A stretch of DNA of 64,000 nt from a virus, in IMG/VR virus record IMGVR_UViG_3300027976_000006, positions 1-64,000 of that record. One strand, 5' to 3'. Positions 28,300 to 35,811 of this stretch are shown here, in pieces. The notes under the pieces were generated by a model. That model made no database searches, had not been told where the DNA came from, and saw only the letters and a list, made by a program, of their open reading frames with translations. Position numbers and translations under genes: made by a program. The first letter of the stretch is position 1. Each line of letters begins with the position of its first letter.

Positions 28300-28541
28300 T
28301 TTTATCAATTATATTGTGTGCGTATTTGCACACCCAAAAGGAGGTTTGAATGAGGATAAAGCTAAGTGTTGTGTTGTTAACATTAGTGTTGTTAGGCAAC
28401 ATAGGCTGTACACGCACGCTGGAATACACCACCAGCACCGAAGTGTATCCAACCAATCCCAACGTGATACAAAAAATAAACATAAGCACAACAATTAAAA
28501 CTCAATGGTAAAGAGTTAAATTTATAAAAAGGAGATTAGAA

Positions 28542-28934
28542 ATGACACCGTATCATCATGCGGTATCCTCCGCCAGCAGATTTGGTGGTAATGCCGAGGA
28601 TTATATGGAAATCCACAACTGGTTCGATGAGACCAAAGGCTTCACAGGTAATTGGACTCATCGGGCTATGCGCCACCATTCCGCAGGGGTAGAATGGGCG
28701 ACACACAAATTTGGACACACCATAGTAAACAGTGATAAAATTAAAGTCCCAGTCAAATTCATTGCCGAACAGCACATAGAGGAAGACTGTGGATTTATCC
28801 CAACGATTCAAACTTGGTTAAAACCTCTCACAGAACAGCCAGAATCTTGGATGTTGAGAGTAGCTAAAAAAAGCACTAAAAGCGTTTTAAAAATCGAACA
28901 AACGCCCACAGAGGAGGAAGAAAAACAATGTTAG
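28542..28934 (+). CDS. DUF6915-like His-rich protein
   Basis: PYHHAVSSA..FGG..EDY..IH.WFD, HRAMRHH, EQHI.ED.GFIPT. Confidence 0.7.
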   Translation: MTPYHHAVSSASRFGGNAEDYMEIHNWFDETKGFTGNWTHRAMRHHSAGVEWATHKFGHTIVNSDKIKVPVKFIAEQHIEEDCGFIPTIQTWLKPLTEQPESWMLRVAKKSTKSVLKIEQTPTEEEEKQC

Positions 28935-29266
28935 ACCCAATAGCGTTACCAAGGGAAATTTTTGACCGAGCTCGCAAGTTTGGGATAGAAGCTATTGTAC
29001 TTAATTTCGAAGGAGGAAGTGACGAAGGAAATTTACTGATAAACTTAAAAAGAAAGGGCAACCAGCCTCACAAAAACTTCGATACATTTGAATCCGAGAT
29101 AGAAGACTGGGCATGGTCTGCCTATGTGTACAGCGGAGCCGGCGACGGCTCGGCTTATGGAGACGATATCACTTATGATCTCATGAATATGGAAGTGGAC
29201 ACAGCAGAATGGTATTGCCAAAGAGTCGAGGGCGACGGTGCCTCTGTTGCATTAGAAATAGAATAA
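28928..29266 (+). CDS. DUF6878-like acidic protein
   Basis: GIE.IVLNFEGGSDEG; adjacent to the DUF6915-like gene. Confidence 0.55.
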   Translation: MLDPIALPREIFDRARKFGIEAIVLNFEGGSDEGNLLINLKRKGNQPHKNFDTFESEIEDWAWSAYVYSGAGDGSAYGDDITYDLMNMEVDTAEWYCQRVEGDGASVALEIE

Positions 29267-29293
29267 ATAAAAAAAAACTAAGGAGAAAAATTA

Positions 29294-29995
29294 ATGAATG
29301 CTAATGATTTAGAAATAGAAAATTACGGAGCAACCTGCTTAGATTTGTTAGAAACCAAAATGTACCGACATTTGTTTTCTCTGGCAGAACACTGGAAGAA
29401 CTACGCATATTTCACCCCCCAAGGTGGAGCCCGCCTAGGATCCATTGCGGGGTACATCACCGCATTAAAGCATCTTGGCAAGCAAGAACTTGCGGAACAA
29501 ATGGCAGAAGATTTTATAACTAAAATGGCGTGGTTAACTCGAGTTAACTACAACTCAAACTCTATCGTAATAAATCATCAAGAATCCATGATAGAGACCC
29601 AACTTTTATTTTCAGCCGAAGATACTTCTCCGGTTAACATAAGAGTGCCAAGGCAAAAAGTTATCTTACACGATGATGGTTGCCTCCATAGTTTCAATTT
29701 TGTTGTGTATTTTCCGTTAGACTATAAACTATACTGGGAATGTTTTAAAAAGCACGCAGAGGAAAAGCAAAATCCGCATCAAAGCGTAGTGGAGGAGTTG
29801 AAGATAGAAACAGGGATTCGTAACCACGAAGGATACGAACAATTAATCAATGAACATGCGTACAAAAATGGGTATAAATATACGCAGTATTACACCTACG
29901 GTTACAACGGCGGGCTTATTTATCATGGGCCAGATGCGGGAGAAACATTTTCGGTGTGCGTGCAAAAAAATGTTTTGTGGAGCATTCACACTTAA
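29294..29995 (+). CDS. Hypothetical protein (C-terminal GGLIYHG...WSIHT motif)
   Basis: AAGGAG RBS. Confidence 0.7.
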   Translation: MNANDLEIENYGATCLDLLETKMYRHLFSLAEHWKNYAYFTPQGGARLGSIAGYITALKHLGKQELAEQMAEDFITKMAWLTRVNYNSNSIVINHQESMIETQLLFSAEDTSPVNIRVPRQKVILHDDGCLHSFNFVVYFPLDYKLYWECFKKHAEEKQNPHQSVVEELKIETGIRNHEGYEQLINEHAYKNGYKYTQYYTYGYNGGLIYHGPDAGETFSVCVQKNVLWSIHT

Positions 29996-30010
29996 TTAGG
30001 AAGGGAACTT

Positions 30011-30607
30011 ATGAAAAACAAAGGTTACGAAGCGTGGGCGTCTCGGCTGCAATTCTTTAATGGAGAATTTGGTTTTGGCCCCCTTAAACTAATCAAAAAC
30101 GAAGACGGTAGGCTGCACTGTGACAACGGTCCAGCTTACATTAGTCTTACCAGAGTAATCTGGTACAAAAACGGCCAACTACACGGCATGGATGCGGATA
30201 AATTTGGTAGTATTTTATACTATTACGAAGGAGTGAGGATTCCTCCCCACTTTTTCACAAAGCCTAAATCCGTTACACTAAAGGAGGTATTGCAAAATCC
30301 GAATGCGGAAGTAAGATATGTGGGGATAAAGATCATTGGGCTGGATAATATTATGGCTTTGCCGACCACACTGGTGATCCACAAAGATGTGGATCAGTTT
30401 GGAAGAGAAAGAATTTTATTTGAAATCCCAAAAGTGTTTGACGAACCTACCTTGTATGTAAAGGTAGTTAATTCAACGGCAGAACCCGATGGTACTTATA
30501 AGAATTATTTCTTGTGCGTACCACCAACGATGAAGACCTGTTTAGAGGCGGTGGCGTGGACCAACTACATGAAGGCAGATGAATACTGTCCTTCGCAAGA
30601 ATCTTAG
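30011..30607 (+). CDS. DUF6745-like protein
   Basis: GRLHCDNGPA, NAEVR, VKVVNST.EPDGT.K.YFL.VPP, EAVAWT. Confidence 0.7.
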   Translation: MKNKGYEAWASRLQFFNGEFGFGPLKLIKNEDGRLHCDNGPAYISLTRVIWYKNGQLHGMDADKFGSILYYYEGVRIPPHFFTKPKSVTLKEVLQNPNAEVRYVGIKIIGLDNIMALPTTLVIHKDVDQFGRERILFEIPKVFDEPTLYVKVVNSTAEPDGTYKNYFLCVPPTMKTCLEAVAWTNYMKADEYCPSQES

Positions 30608-30617
30608 GAGTTATATC

Positions 30618-30944
30618 ATGAAGAAGTTTCAAGCGCGGCAAGGTGATATCTTTTTTACGGTAGTAGCTAAACCAAAGAATTTACACGGTATGAAAATACA
30701 CGACTCCCGAATTCTAGCGTTCGGTGAGGTGACTGGTCACAGTCACGCCCTCAAAGAAGGGTCAGCAGTGCAGCGTTATGTTAATGCGGGAGGAGATATT
30801 TATTTATTCTCCGAGGAAGAAACCAGCGTTGGGCACGACGAGCATTCCGATATAAAACTTCCAGCCAACAAATGGATCAAGGTTACACGACAACGGGAAT
30901 TTGATCCACTGGCTGCTAACCGACAGCGTACAGTTGCAGATTAA
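30618..30944 (+). CDS. Partner of DUF6745 (RQGD...GExTGHxH...HxEH...RQRE; His-rich beta protein)
   Basis: Motifs as listed; AGGAG RBS before ATG 30618. Confidence 0.7.
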   Translation: MKKFQARQGDIFFTVVAKPKNLHGMKIHDSRILAFGEVTGHSHALKEGSAVQRYVNAGGDIYLFSEEETSVGHDEHSDIKLPANKWIKVTRQREFDPLAANRQRTVAD

Positions 30945-30971
30945 GTTTTAGTCTAGTTTACCCGTCGAACC

Positions 30972-30999
30972 AAGGGAGCAAGTGTTTGCTCCCTTTTTT
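30972..30999 (+). terminator. Intrinsic terminator
   Basis: aagggagcaa/ttgctccctt stem plus T-tract. Confidence 0.85.
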
Positions 31000-31037
31000 A
31001 TTTGAATTGATAGTTTTTATTTTAAGGAATTAATGTT

Positions 31038-31355
31038 ATGGAAAAAGTAAAAAGTCAGTCGTCTTTAGTAAACCCTACTGGCAGCCCCGCTCTAAGCCTG
31101 AGCGAAGTGGCACAACAATACATAGGGCAGCAATGTGCTGTACTCTGTGCACGGTACAACTACCGTGGAATTATGAGCGCCGTAGGTTCAGATTTCATAA
31201 TATTGGCACAAGCTCGTGCCGTGGAAACTTCAGGGGCATCCTCACTGGAAGAACCGCAAACAGAAGATATCATCACTTCGAGCATAGTAATCAGCCTAGG
31301 TGCGATAGAAATCATTTATCAGCCACGCTGGTGCTTTGCACCGTTGGATAAATAA
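31038..31355 (+). CDS. Small beta-barrel protein, Sm/LSm-like fold predicted
   Basis: YIGQQCAVLC..YNYRGIMSAV..DFIILAQA...IVISLGAIEII resembles the Sm1/Sm2 pattern; AAGGA RBS. Confidence 0.55.
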   Translation: MEKVKSQSSLVNPTGSPALSLSEVAQQYIGQQCAVLCARYNYRGIMSAVGSDFIILAQARAVETSGASSLEEPQTEDIITSSIVISLGAIEIIYQPRWCFAPLDK

Positions 31356-31454
31356 TAATGCGTAAAATCGTAGATATAAGGGCTAGAGCATCGCTCTAGC
31401 CCCGTGGGCGTGTTTTAGCACAATGAAACCTTCACACATAAAAGGAGTGATGCA

Positions 31455-31604
31455 ATGATAAGAAGGTCTGTTAGCACAACGCATAAATCTGAATCTTGGT
31501 TTAGGTGTGTATCTTGGTCTAAACTTTTACGGCAGACTTGGTCTGCGTCTTGGTCTACTGCCCAACAAGAATCGTACAATGTAACAAGAGTCGCACGGCG
31601 GTAG
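31455..31604 (+). CDS. Divergent Ser/Trp/Arg mini-ORF (49 aa, MIRRSV...SWFRCVSWSK...WSASWS)
   Basis: AAGGAG RBS; ATGATAAGA start like the array units; tct-tgg relics. Confidence 0.6.
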   Translation: MIRRSVSTTHKSESWFRCVSWSKLLRQTWSASWSTAQQESYNVTRVARR

Positions 31605-31717
31605 ATCAATAATGATAATGAACTTTGGCCTAACCCCAAGACTTGCTATAAGTCTTGGGCACTCATCCATAGACTTCATGGTTTTTCTAAAAACGCTAAA
31701 TAATGGAGACATAAAAA

Positions 31718-31903
31718 ATGATAAGACTAGCATTCAGACCACGCCTTGTCGCCAAATCAAGATGTTGGTCTGTGCCTACCCCTTGGTCTAGTAATTGGGC
31801 CAAGTTTAGATCTGTATCTTGGAGTTGGGGTCGTTCTATATCTTTACATTATTGGCGTACTTGTTATCCTTACAGCCAAAGTTGGCACAAACCAATAAGG
31901 TAA
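31718..31903 (+). CDS. Divergent Ser/Trp/Arg mini-ORF (61 aa)
   Basis: GGAG RBS; MIR start; SW-rich. Confidence 0.6.
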   Translation: MIRLAFRPRLVAKSRCWSVPTPWSSNWAKFRSVSWSWGRSISLHYWRTCYPYSQSWHKPIR

Positions 31904-31924
31904 AATTCACTTTAGGAGTTATCA

Positions 31925-32089
31925 ATGATAATGAAAACAATTGATTTTAATACAGCCAGATCCCATGGGTGGTCTAGGCGACTTTATAAGTCTCGATCTT
32001 GGACTGCATATTGGGACCGGTCTAGAGGCCCGAGCGCGTCTTTATCTATGCTGTTTTCTACCTCTAAGTTTATAAGCCAACGACAGTAG
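31925..32089 (+). CDS. Divergent Ser/Trp/Arg mini-ORF (54 aa, MIMKTI...WSRR..SRSW)
   Basis: AGGAG RBS; ATGATA start. Confidence 0.55.
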   Translation: MIMKTIDFNTARSHGWSRRLYKSRSWTAYWDRSRGPSASLSMLFSTSKFISQRQ

Positions 32090-32152
32090 TATTGAGTCTT
32101 GGTCTAGGTCTAGGTCTGTGTCTTGGACTAAAAACAAAACTAGGAGTGCTAA

Positions 32153-32395
32153 ATGATAAGAAAAGTAACCATATGTCACCCAGATACTATGTCTGTGTCT
32201 TGGTCTAAGTCTTGGCCTGGGTCTGGGTCTGCGTCTCGGTTTGGGTCTTGGTCTGGGTCTTGGTCTGGGTCTTGGCCTGGGTCTGGGCCTTGGTCTGGGT
32301 CTTGGTCTGGGTCTTGGTTTTGGTCTTGGTCTTGGTCTCGGTCTCGGTTTGGGCCTGTGTCTTGGTCTAAAAACAAAACTAGGAGTGCTAAATGA
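32153..32395 (+). CDS. Array unit 1: MIRKVT leader, (Ser-Trp/Gly/Arg)n, TRSAK tail (80 aa)
   Basis: AGGAG RBS, ATGA coupling. Confidence 0.65.
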   Translation: MIRKVTICHPDTMSVSWSKSWPGSGSASRFGSWSGSWSGSWPGSGPWSGSWSGSWFWSWSWSRSRFGPVSWSKNKTRSAK

Positions 32396-32565
32396 TAAGA
32401 AAAGTAACCGTATGTCACCCAGCTATGTCTGTGTCTTGGTCTGGGTCTTGGTCTCGGTCTCGGTCTGCGTCTTGGCCTGGGTCTTGGCCTGGGTTTGGGT
32501 CTTGGTCTGAGTCTCGGTTTGGGTCTTGGTCTTGGGCTGAAAACAAAACCAGAAGTGCTAAATGA
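32392..32565 (+). CDS. Array unit 2 (57 aa; below the ORF-track cutoff)
   Basis: MIRKVTVCHPAMSVSWSGSWSRSRSASWPG...ENKTRSAK; ATGA overlaps at both ends. Confidence 0.65.
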   Translation: MIRKVTVCHPAMSVSWSGSWSRSRSASWPGSWPGFGSWSESRFGSWSWAENKTRSAK

Positions 32566-32774
32566 TAAGAAAAGTAACCTTATGTAACCAGGATGCTCTG
32601 TCTTGGTCTGGGTCTCGGTCTAGGTCTGGGTCTGGGTCTTGGTCTGGGTCTTGGCCTGGGTCTGGGCCTGGGTCTGGGTCTTGGTCTGGGTCTTGGTTTT
32701 GGTCTTGGTCTTGGACTAGGTCTCGGTTTGGGTCTATGTCTTGGGCTAAAAGCAAAACCAGGAGTGCTAAATGA
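32562..32774 (+). CDS. Array unit 3 (70 aa)
   Basis: Same leader and tail; ATGA coupling. Confidence 0.65.
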   Translation: MIRKVTLCNQDALSWSGSRSRSGSGSWSGSWPGSGPGSGSWSGSWFWSWSWTRSRFGSMSWAKSKTRSAK

Positions 32775-32989
32775 TAAGAAAAGTAACCATATGCCACCCA
32801 GATACTATGTCTTGGTCTTGGTCTAAGTCTTGGCCTGGGTCTGGGTCTGCGTCTCGGTTTGGGTCTTGGTCTGGGTCTTGGTCTGGGTCTTGGCCTGTGT
32901 CTCGGCCTGGGTCTCGGTCTCGGTTTAGGTCTGGGTCTTGGTCTGAGTCTCGGTTTGGGTCTAAAAACGAAACCAGGAGTGCTAAATGA
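32771..32989 (+). CDS. Array unit 4 (72 aa)
   Basis: Same leader and tail; ATGA coupling. Confidence 0.65.
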   Translation: MIRKVTICHPDTMSWSWSKSWPGSGSASRFGSWSGSWSGSWPVSRPGSRSRFRSGSWSESRFGSKNETRSAK

Positions 32990-33237
32990 TAAGAAAAGTA
33001 ACCTTATGTAACCAAGATACTATGTCTGGGTCTTGGCCTGGGTCTTGGCCTGTGTCTAGGTCTGGGTCTGGGTTTTGGTCTTGGTCTATATCTATGTCTT
33101 GGTCTGGGTCTTGGCCTGTGTCTCGGCCTGGGTCTCGGTCTCGGTTTAGGTCTGGGTCTTGGTCTGGGTCTAGGTTGGGGTCTCAGTCTTGGTCTGACAT
33201 ATATCTACCGACAGGAGTAACTTATGATGAAGATTAA
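32986..33237 (+). CDS. Array unit 5 (83 aa, unique tail)
   Basis: Same leader; the tail contains the AGGAG RBS of the next gene. Confidence 0.65.
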   Translation: MIRKVTLCNQDTMSGSWPGSWPVSRSGSGFWSWSISMSWSGSWPVSRPGSRSRFRSGSWSGSRLGSQSWSDIYLPTGVTYDED

Positions 33238-33511
33238 GATAAAAAAACACGGGAACCCGGACTACGGGCAAAACCCCAACAAAACAGAAAAGGAAGAGCT
33301 TACTGCAACCACGATTGCAGAACTACGTGCAAAGGTGCGAGAATGGCAATTACAAACTAATTGTGGTGGAGGTAACTGGGGAGTATGCTCTGTGCATATA
33401 AACGACAAAATTGTAGGGTATATGTCCTACAATGGTCGAATTTGGAAAGAAAAGAAGTGGAATCCTAGTTGCATTGAAATAAATGATGATAATCTAATCG
33501 TATGTGAGTAA
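33224..33511 (+). CDS. Hypothetical protein (GNPD...GGGNWG...SYNGRIW)
   Basis: AGGAG RBS. Confidence 0.7.
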   Translation: MMKIKIKKHGNPDYGQNPNKTEKEELTATTIAELRAKVREWQLQTNCGGGNWGVCSVHINDKIVGYMSYNGRIWKEKKWNPSCIEINDDNLIVCE

Positions 33512-33570
33512 TAACAAAGTCAACTCGTTGTTACACTTATGCTTGAATCTTTTTATTTTAAAGGTGACAA

Positions 33571-33885
33571 ATGGAACTACACGGCGGTCCGTTCAAACGT
33601 AGACGAAGAAAACCTCCAGATCAAATCTGGATGCAATTTATGTCTGACGACGAAAAAGAGAAAATGAAAATAGAACAATGTCAGACCGTATCTTTGTCGG
33701 ATGTCGGACTGCCGGTACGCGTAGCTAACACGTTAGAAAATTATGGTTTATTGACCATAGGGGACTTGGCTAAAATAACGATAGAGGATCTAGAAAGCAT
33801 TCAAAACCTTGGCGAGATAACCATAGCTCGCTGTGTTAGACTGCTGGATGAAATGTGCCTACCCCATAAATTACGCAAAAAATAA
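33571..33885 (+). CDS. Stand-alone RNA polymerase alpha-subunit C-terminal-domain-like protein
   Basis: LSDVGLPVRVANTLENYGLLTIGDL...DLESIQNLGEITI matches the alpha-CTD consensus L.L.VR..N.L...GI.TI.DL...L..I.NLG.KS. Confidence 0.8.
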   Translation: MELHGGPFKRRRRKPPDQIWMQFMSDDEKEKMKIEQCQTVSLSDVGLPVRVANTLENYGLLTIGDLAKITIEDLESIQNLGEITIARCVRLLDEMCLPHKLRKK

Positions 33886-33890
33886 GCATA

Positions 33891-33966
33891 TGTTAATATA
33901 GGTAAGAGTTACAAGGTAACTTGCCCCTAGGGGCAAGTTACCATATTCTACTATCTTCGATAGTAT
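33891..33966. repeat. Left copy of a 76-bp inverted repeat containing a 28-bp perfect palindrome
   Basis: Reverse complement of 35167-35242 with one mismatch; palindrome ggtaacttgcccctaggggcaagttacc at 33915-33942. Confidence 0.95.
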
Positions 33967-34009
33967 CGAGTCGCGCACACAAACCACACTTTTAAAGGGG
34001 GCAAAAAAA

Positions 34010-34546
34010 ATGGCTGTTAAATTTCTCAAACTAGGGAAACTGGTCGTAGATTGCGGCGATGTCGTTTGTTTCAGCATGGATAGCGTTATCGGATTAGCAG
34101 AAGAATGTGGTTACGACATCACTAAACTGCAAGAATTCATCAAACGATGGAAGGGCGTAGAATGCGATTTACGCAGCGATGGCATCTACACTGTAGATCG
34201 AGTAACGGCGGTAGATCAAGAAGGTTCAACCTATAGTGCCATCATCATTGGTGCCGATGTTCCAGAAATAAAACGGTTTTTACTAACAAACGAAGAAGAG
34301 TTTTCAGATTTTTATAAACGACACCCTAAAGCCGTAGAAGTTAGAAAAGGCAAATCTTTTAATCGTGATTTATTTTCTGAGATTAACGATGAGTACGTAG
34401 GGGCAATAATGAAAAACCCAACCAACCTTCAAGCTGAACCAACTAAACGCAAGGATGGGGCTAATTTCGACGCAGAACACACAGCTACGACTGACAAAAA
34501 GAATCTTCAAGTAGAGCTAGACAAACACATAAAAGGAGGAAGTTAA
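34010..34546 (+). CDS. Hypothetical protein
   Basis: AAGGGGG RBS. Confidence 0.7.
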   Translation: MAVKFLKLGKLVVDCGDVVCFSMDSVIGLAEECGYDITKLQEFIKRWKGVECDLRSDGIYTVDRVTAVDQEGSTYSAIIIGADVPEIKRFLLTNEEEFSDFYKRHPKAVEVRKGKSFNRDLFSEINDEYVGAIMKNPTNLQAEPTKRKDGANFDAEHTATTDKKNLQVELDKHIKGGS

Positions 34547-34638
34547 AATAGGTAAGTAGTACTTTGTTTGACTCTTGTCAGCGGCAGCCAACTTTTGTCT
34601 GTCGTGTATTTATAGTTTTTAAACCGGAGGTATAGCAG

Positions 34639-35136
34639 ATGACAAACGAAAATGGACCTTTTATCTCGTTCATAAGTGGCGAACTTGGTGAAGAAACCTA
34701 GACACTGGAAGAGTGGCAGCAACATTACACAAATTATGTTGCTGTGTTAAAAAGCAGATTAACAAAAACTAGTGAAAGTCAAAAAAGTTACAGTAAAATG
34801 CTTAACGCAAAGGGCAGATACTATGCCCAAGACCACAATGCTAGGTTCTATTTAGGCAGGCACGAAAATCAGACTTTAGAACTTGCTAAAGCTGAGGAAG
34901 AACTTGGTTGGATAGTGGCGGAACAAAAGAGAAAACTTTTAAATCCAGAGAATGTATCGCATGAACAGTTAGAGAATTTTCTGATCCACGGTCTTTACGA
35001 ATCAGACTTCCCCTTAACGGGTATGGACGAAATATTGGGTGTAGATGAAGCGGTTGCGATGCTAGTTTCAATAACTAATGACGAATATCATTTAGCAGAG
35101 TTTAGAAAAGATGTTTTAAACCACAAAATTGTTTAA
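34639..35136 (+). pseudogene. Gene interrupted by an in-frame TAG at 34699-34701 (pseudogene or read-through)
   Basis: GGAGGT RBS and ATG 34639 are in frame with ORF 34744..35136, with only one stop in between. Confidence 0.55.
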
Positions 35137-35166
35137 CACAAAAATGACACATTCTGGTCATTTCGT

Positions 35167-35242
35167 ATACTATCGAAGATAGTAGAATATGGTAACTTGC
35201 CCCTAGGGGCAAGTTACCATGTAACTCTTACCTATATTAACA
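35167..35242. repeat. Right copy of the 76-bp inverted repeat (32-bp perfect palindrome at 35189-35220)
   Basis: Direct sequence comparison with 33891-33966. Confidence 0.95.
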
Positions 35243-35254
35243 AAGGACACAAAA

Positions 35255-35782
35255 ATGTCTCATTTACAGCAGCTAGCCTACGTAGAATCAATTAAAGCTA
35301 TTTACCCGAAATATTTTTTAAGCTCAAAAGTTTTAGAAATTGGCAGCTTAGATGTAAACGGGACAATAAGACAATTTTTTGAAAATTGCGATTATACCGG
35401 AGTTGATCTAGGTGCTGGGGCAATGGTTGATGTTATAGGTGAAGGTCAAAAGTTGAATTATGCTGATAACTCGTTCGACACAACGGCATCTTGCGAATGC
35501 TTTGAGCATAATCCATACTGGAAAGAGACCTTTGAGAATATGTACAGGATGACTAAAAAAGACGGGCTTCTGTTTTTTACTTGTGCAACAACAGGAAGAC
35601 CGGAACACGGAACAAAAAATAACTTTCCGGACGCTGCCCCGTTACTTATCTGGGATTATTACAAAAATTTAACGGAAGAAGACTTTACTGGCGATCTGGA
35701 CATAAAAAAAATGTTTAAGGAATATGAATTTAAACTGGAGATTAGTAGCTGTGATTTGTATTTTTACGGGATCAAAGTGTAA
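35255..35782 (+). CDS. Class I SAM-dependent methyltransferase
   Basis: VLEIGSLDVNG, YTGVD, DNSFD...ECFEH, K.DGLL. Confidence 0.85.
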   Translation: MSHLQQLAYVESIKAIYPKYFLSSKVLEIGSLDVNGTIRQFFENCDYTGVDLGAGAMVDVIGEGQKLNYADNSFDTTASCECFEHNPYWKETFENMYRMTKKDGLLFFTCATTGRPEHGTKNNFPDAAPLLIWDYYKNLTEEDFTGDLDIKKMFKEYEFKLEISSCDLYFYGIKV

Positions 35783-35811
35783 CTCTTACCCATCTTAGCA
35801 AAGGAATAAAA

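Larger units (their letters stand above)
32097..33195 (+). repeat. Array of YCT-NGG hexamer tracts separated by five ~40-bp conserved junctions
   Basis: Junctions at 32131, 32370, 32540, 32749 and 32964 share the invariant 26-mer agtgctaaatgataagaaaagtaacc; spacings 239/170/209/215 bp. Confidence 0.95.

Noticed and set aside
32176-32826. ORF-track poly-(GL) and minus-strand poly-(DP/DQ) proteins
   Set aside because: These are shadow frames of the hexamer repeat. They lack RBSs and do not respect unit boundaries, unlike the MIRKVT frames.
32097-33195. CRISPR array
   Set aside because: The inter-repeat segments are 130-200 bp of low-complexity hexamers, not unique 25-45 bp spacers. The repeat is not palindromic and contains an RBS and start/stop, and no cas1/cas2 is present.
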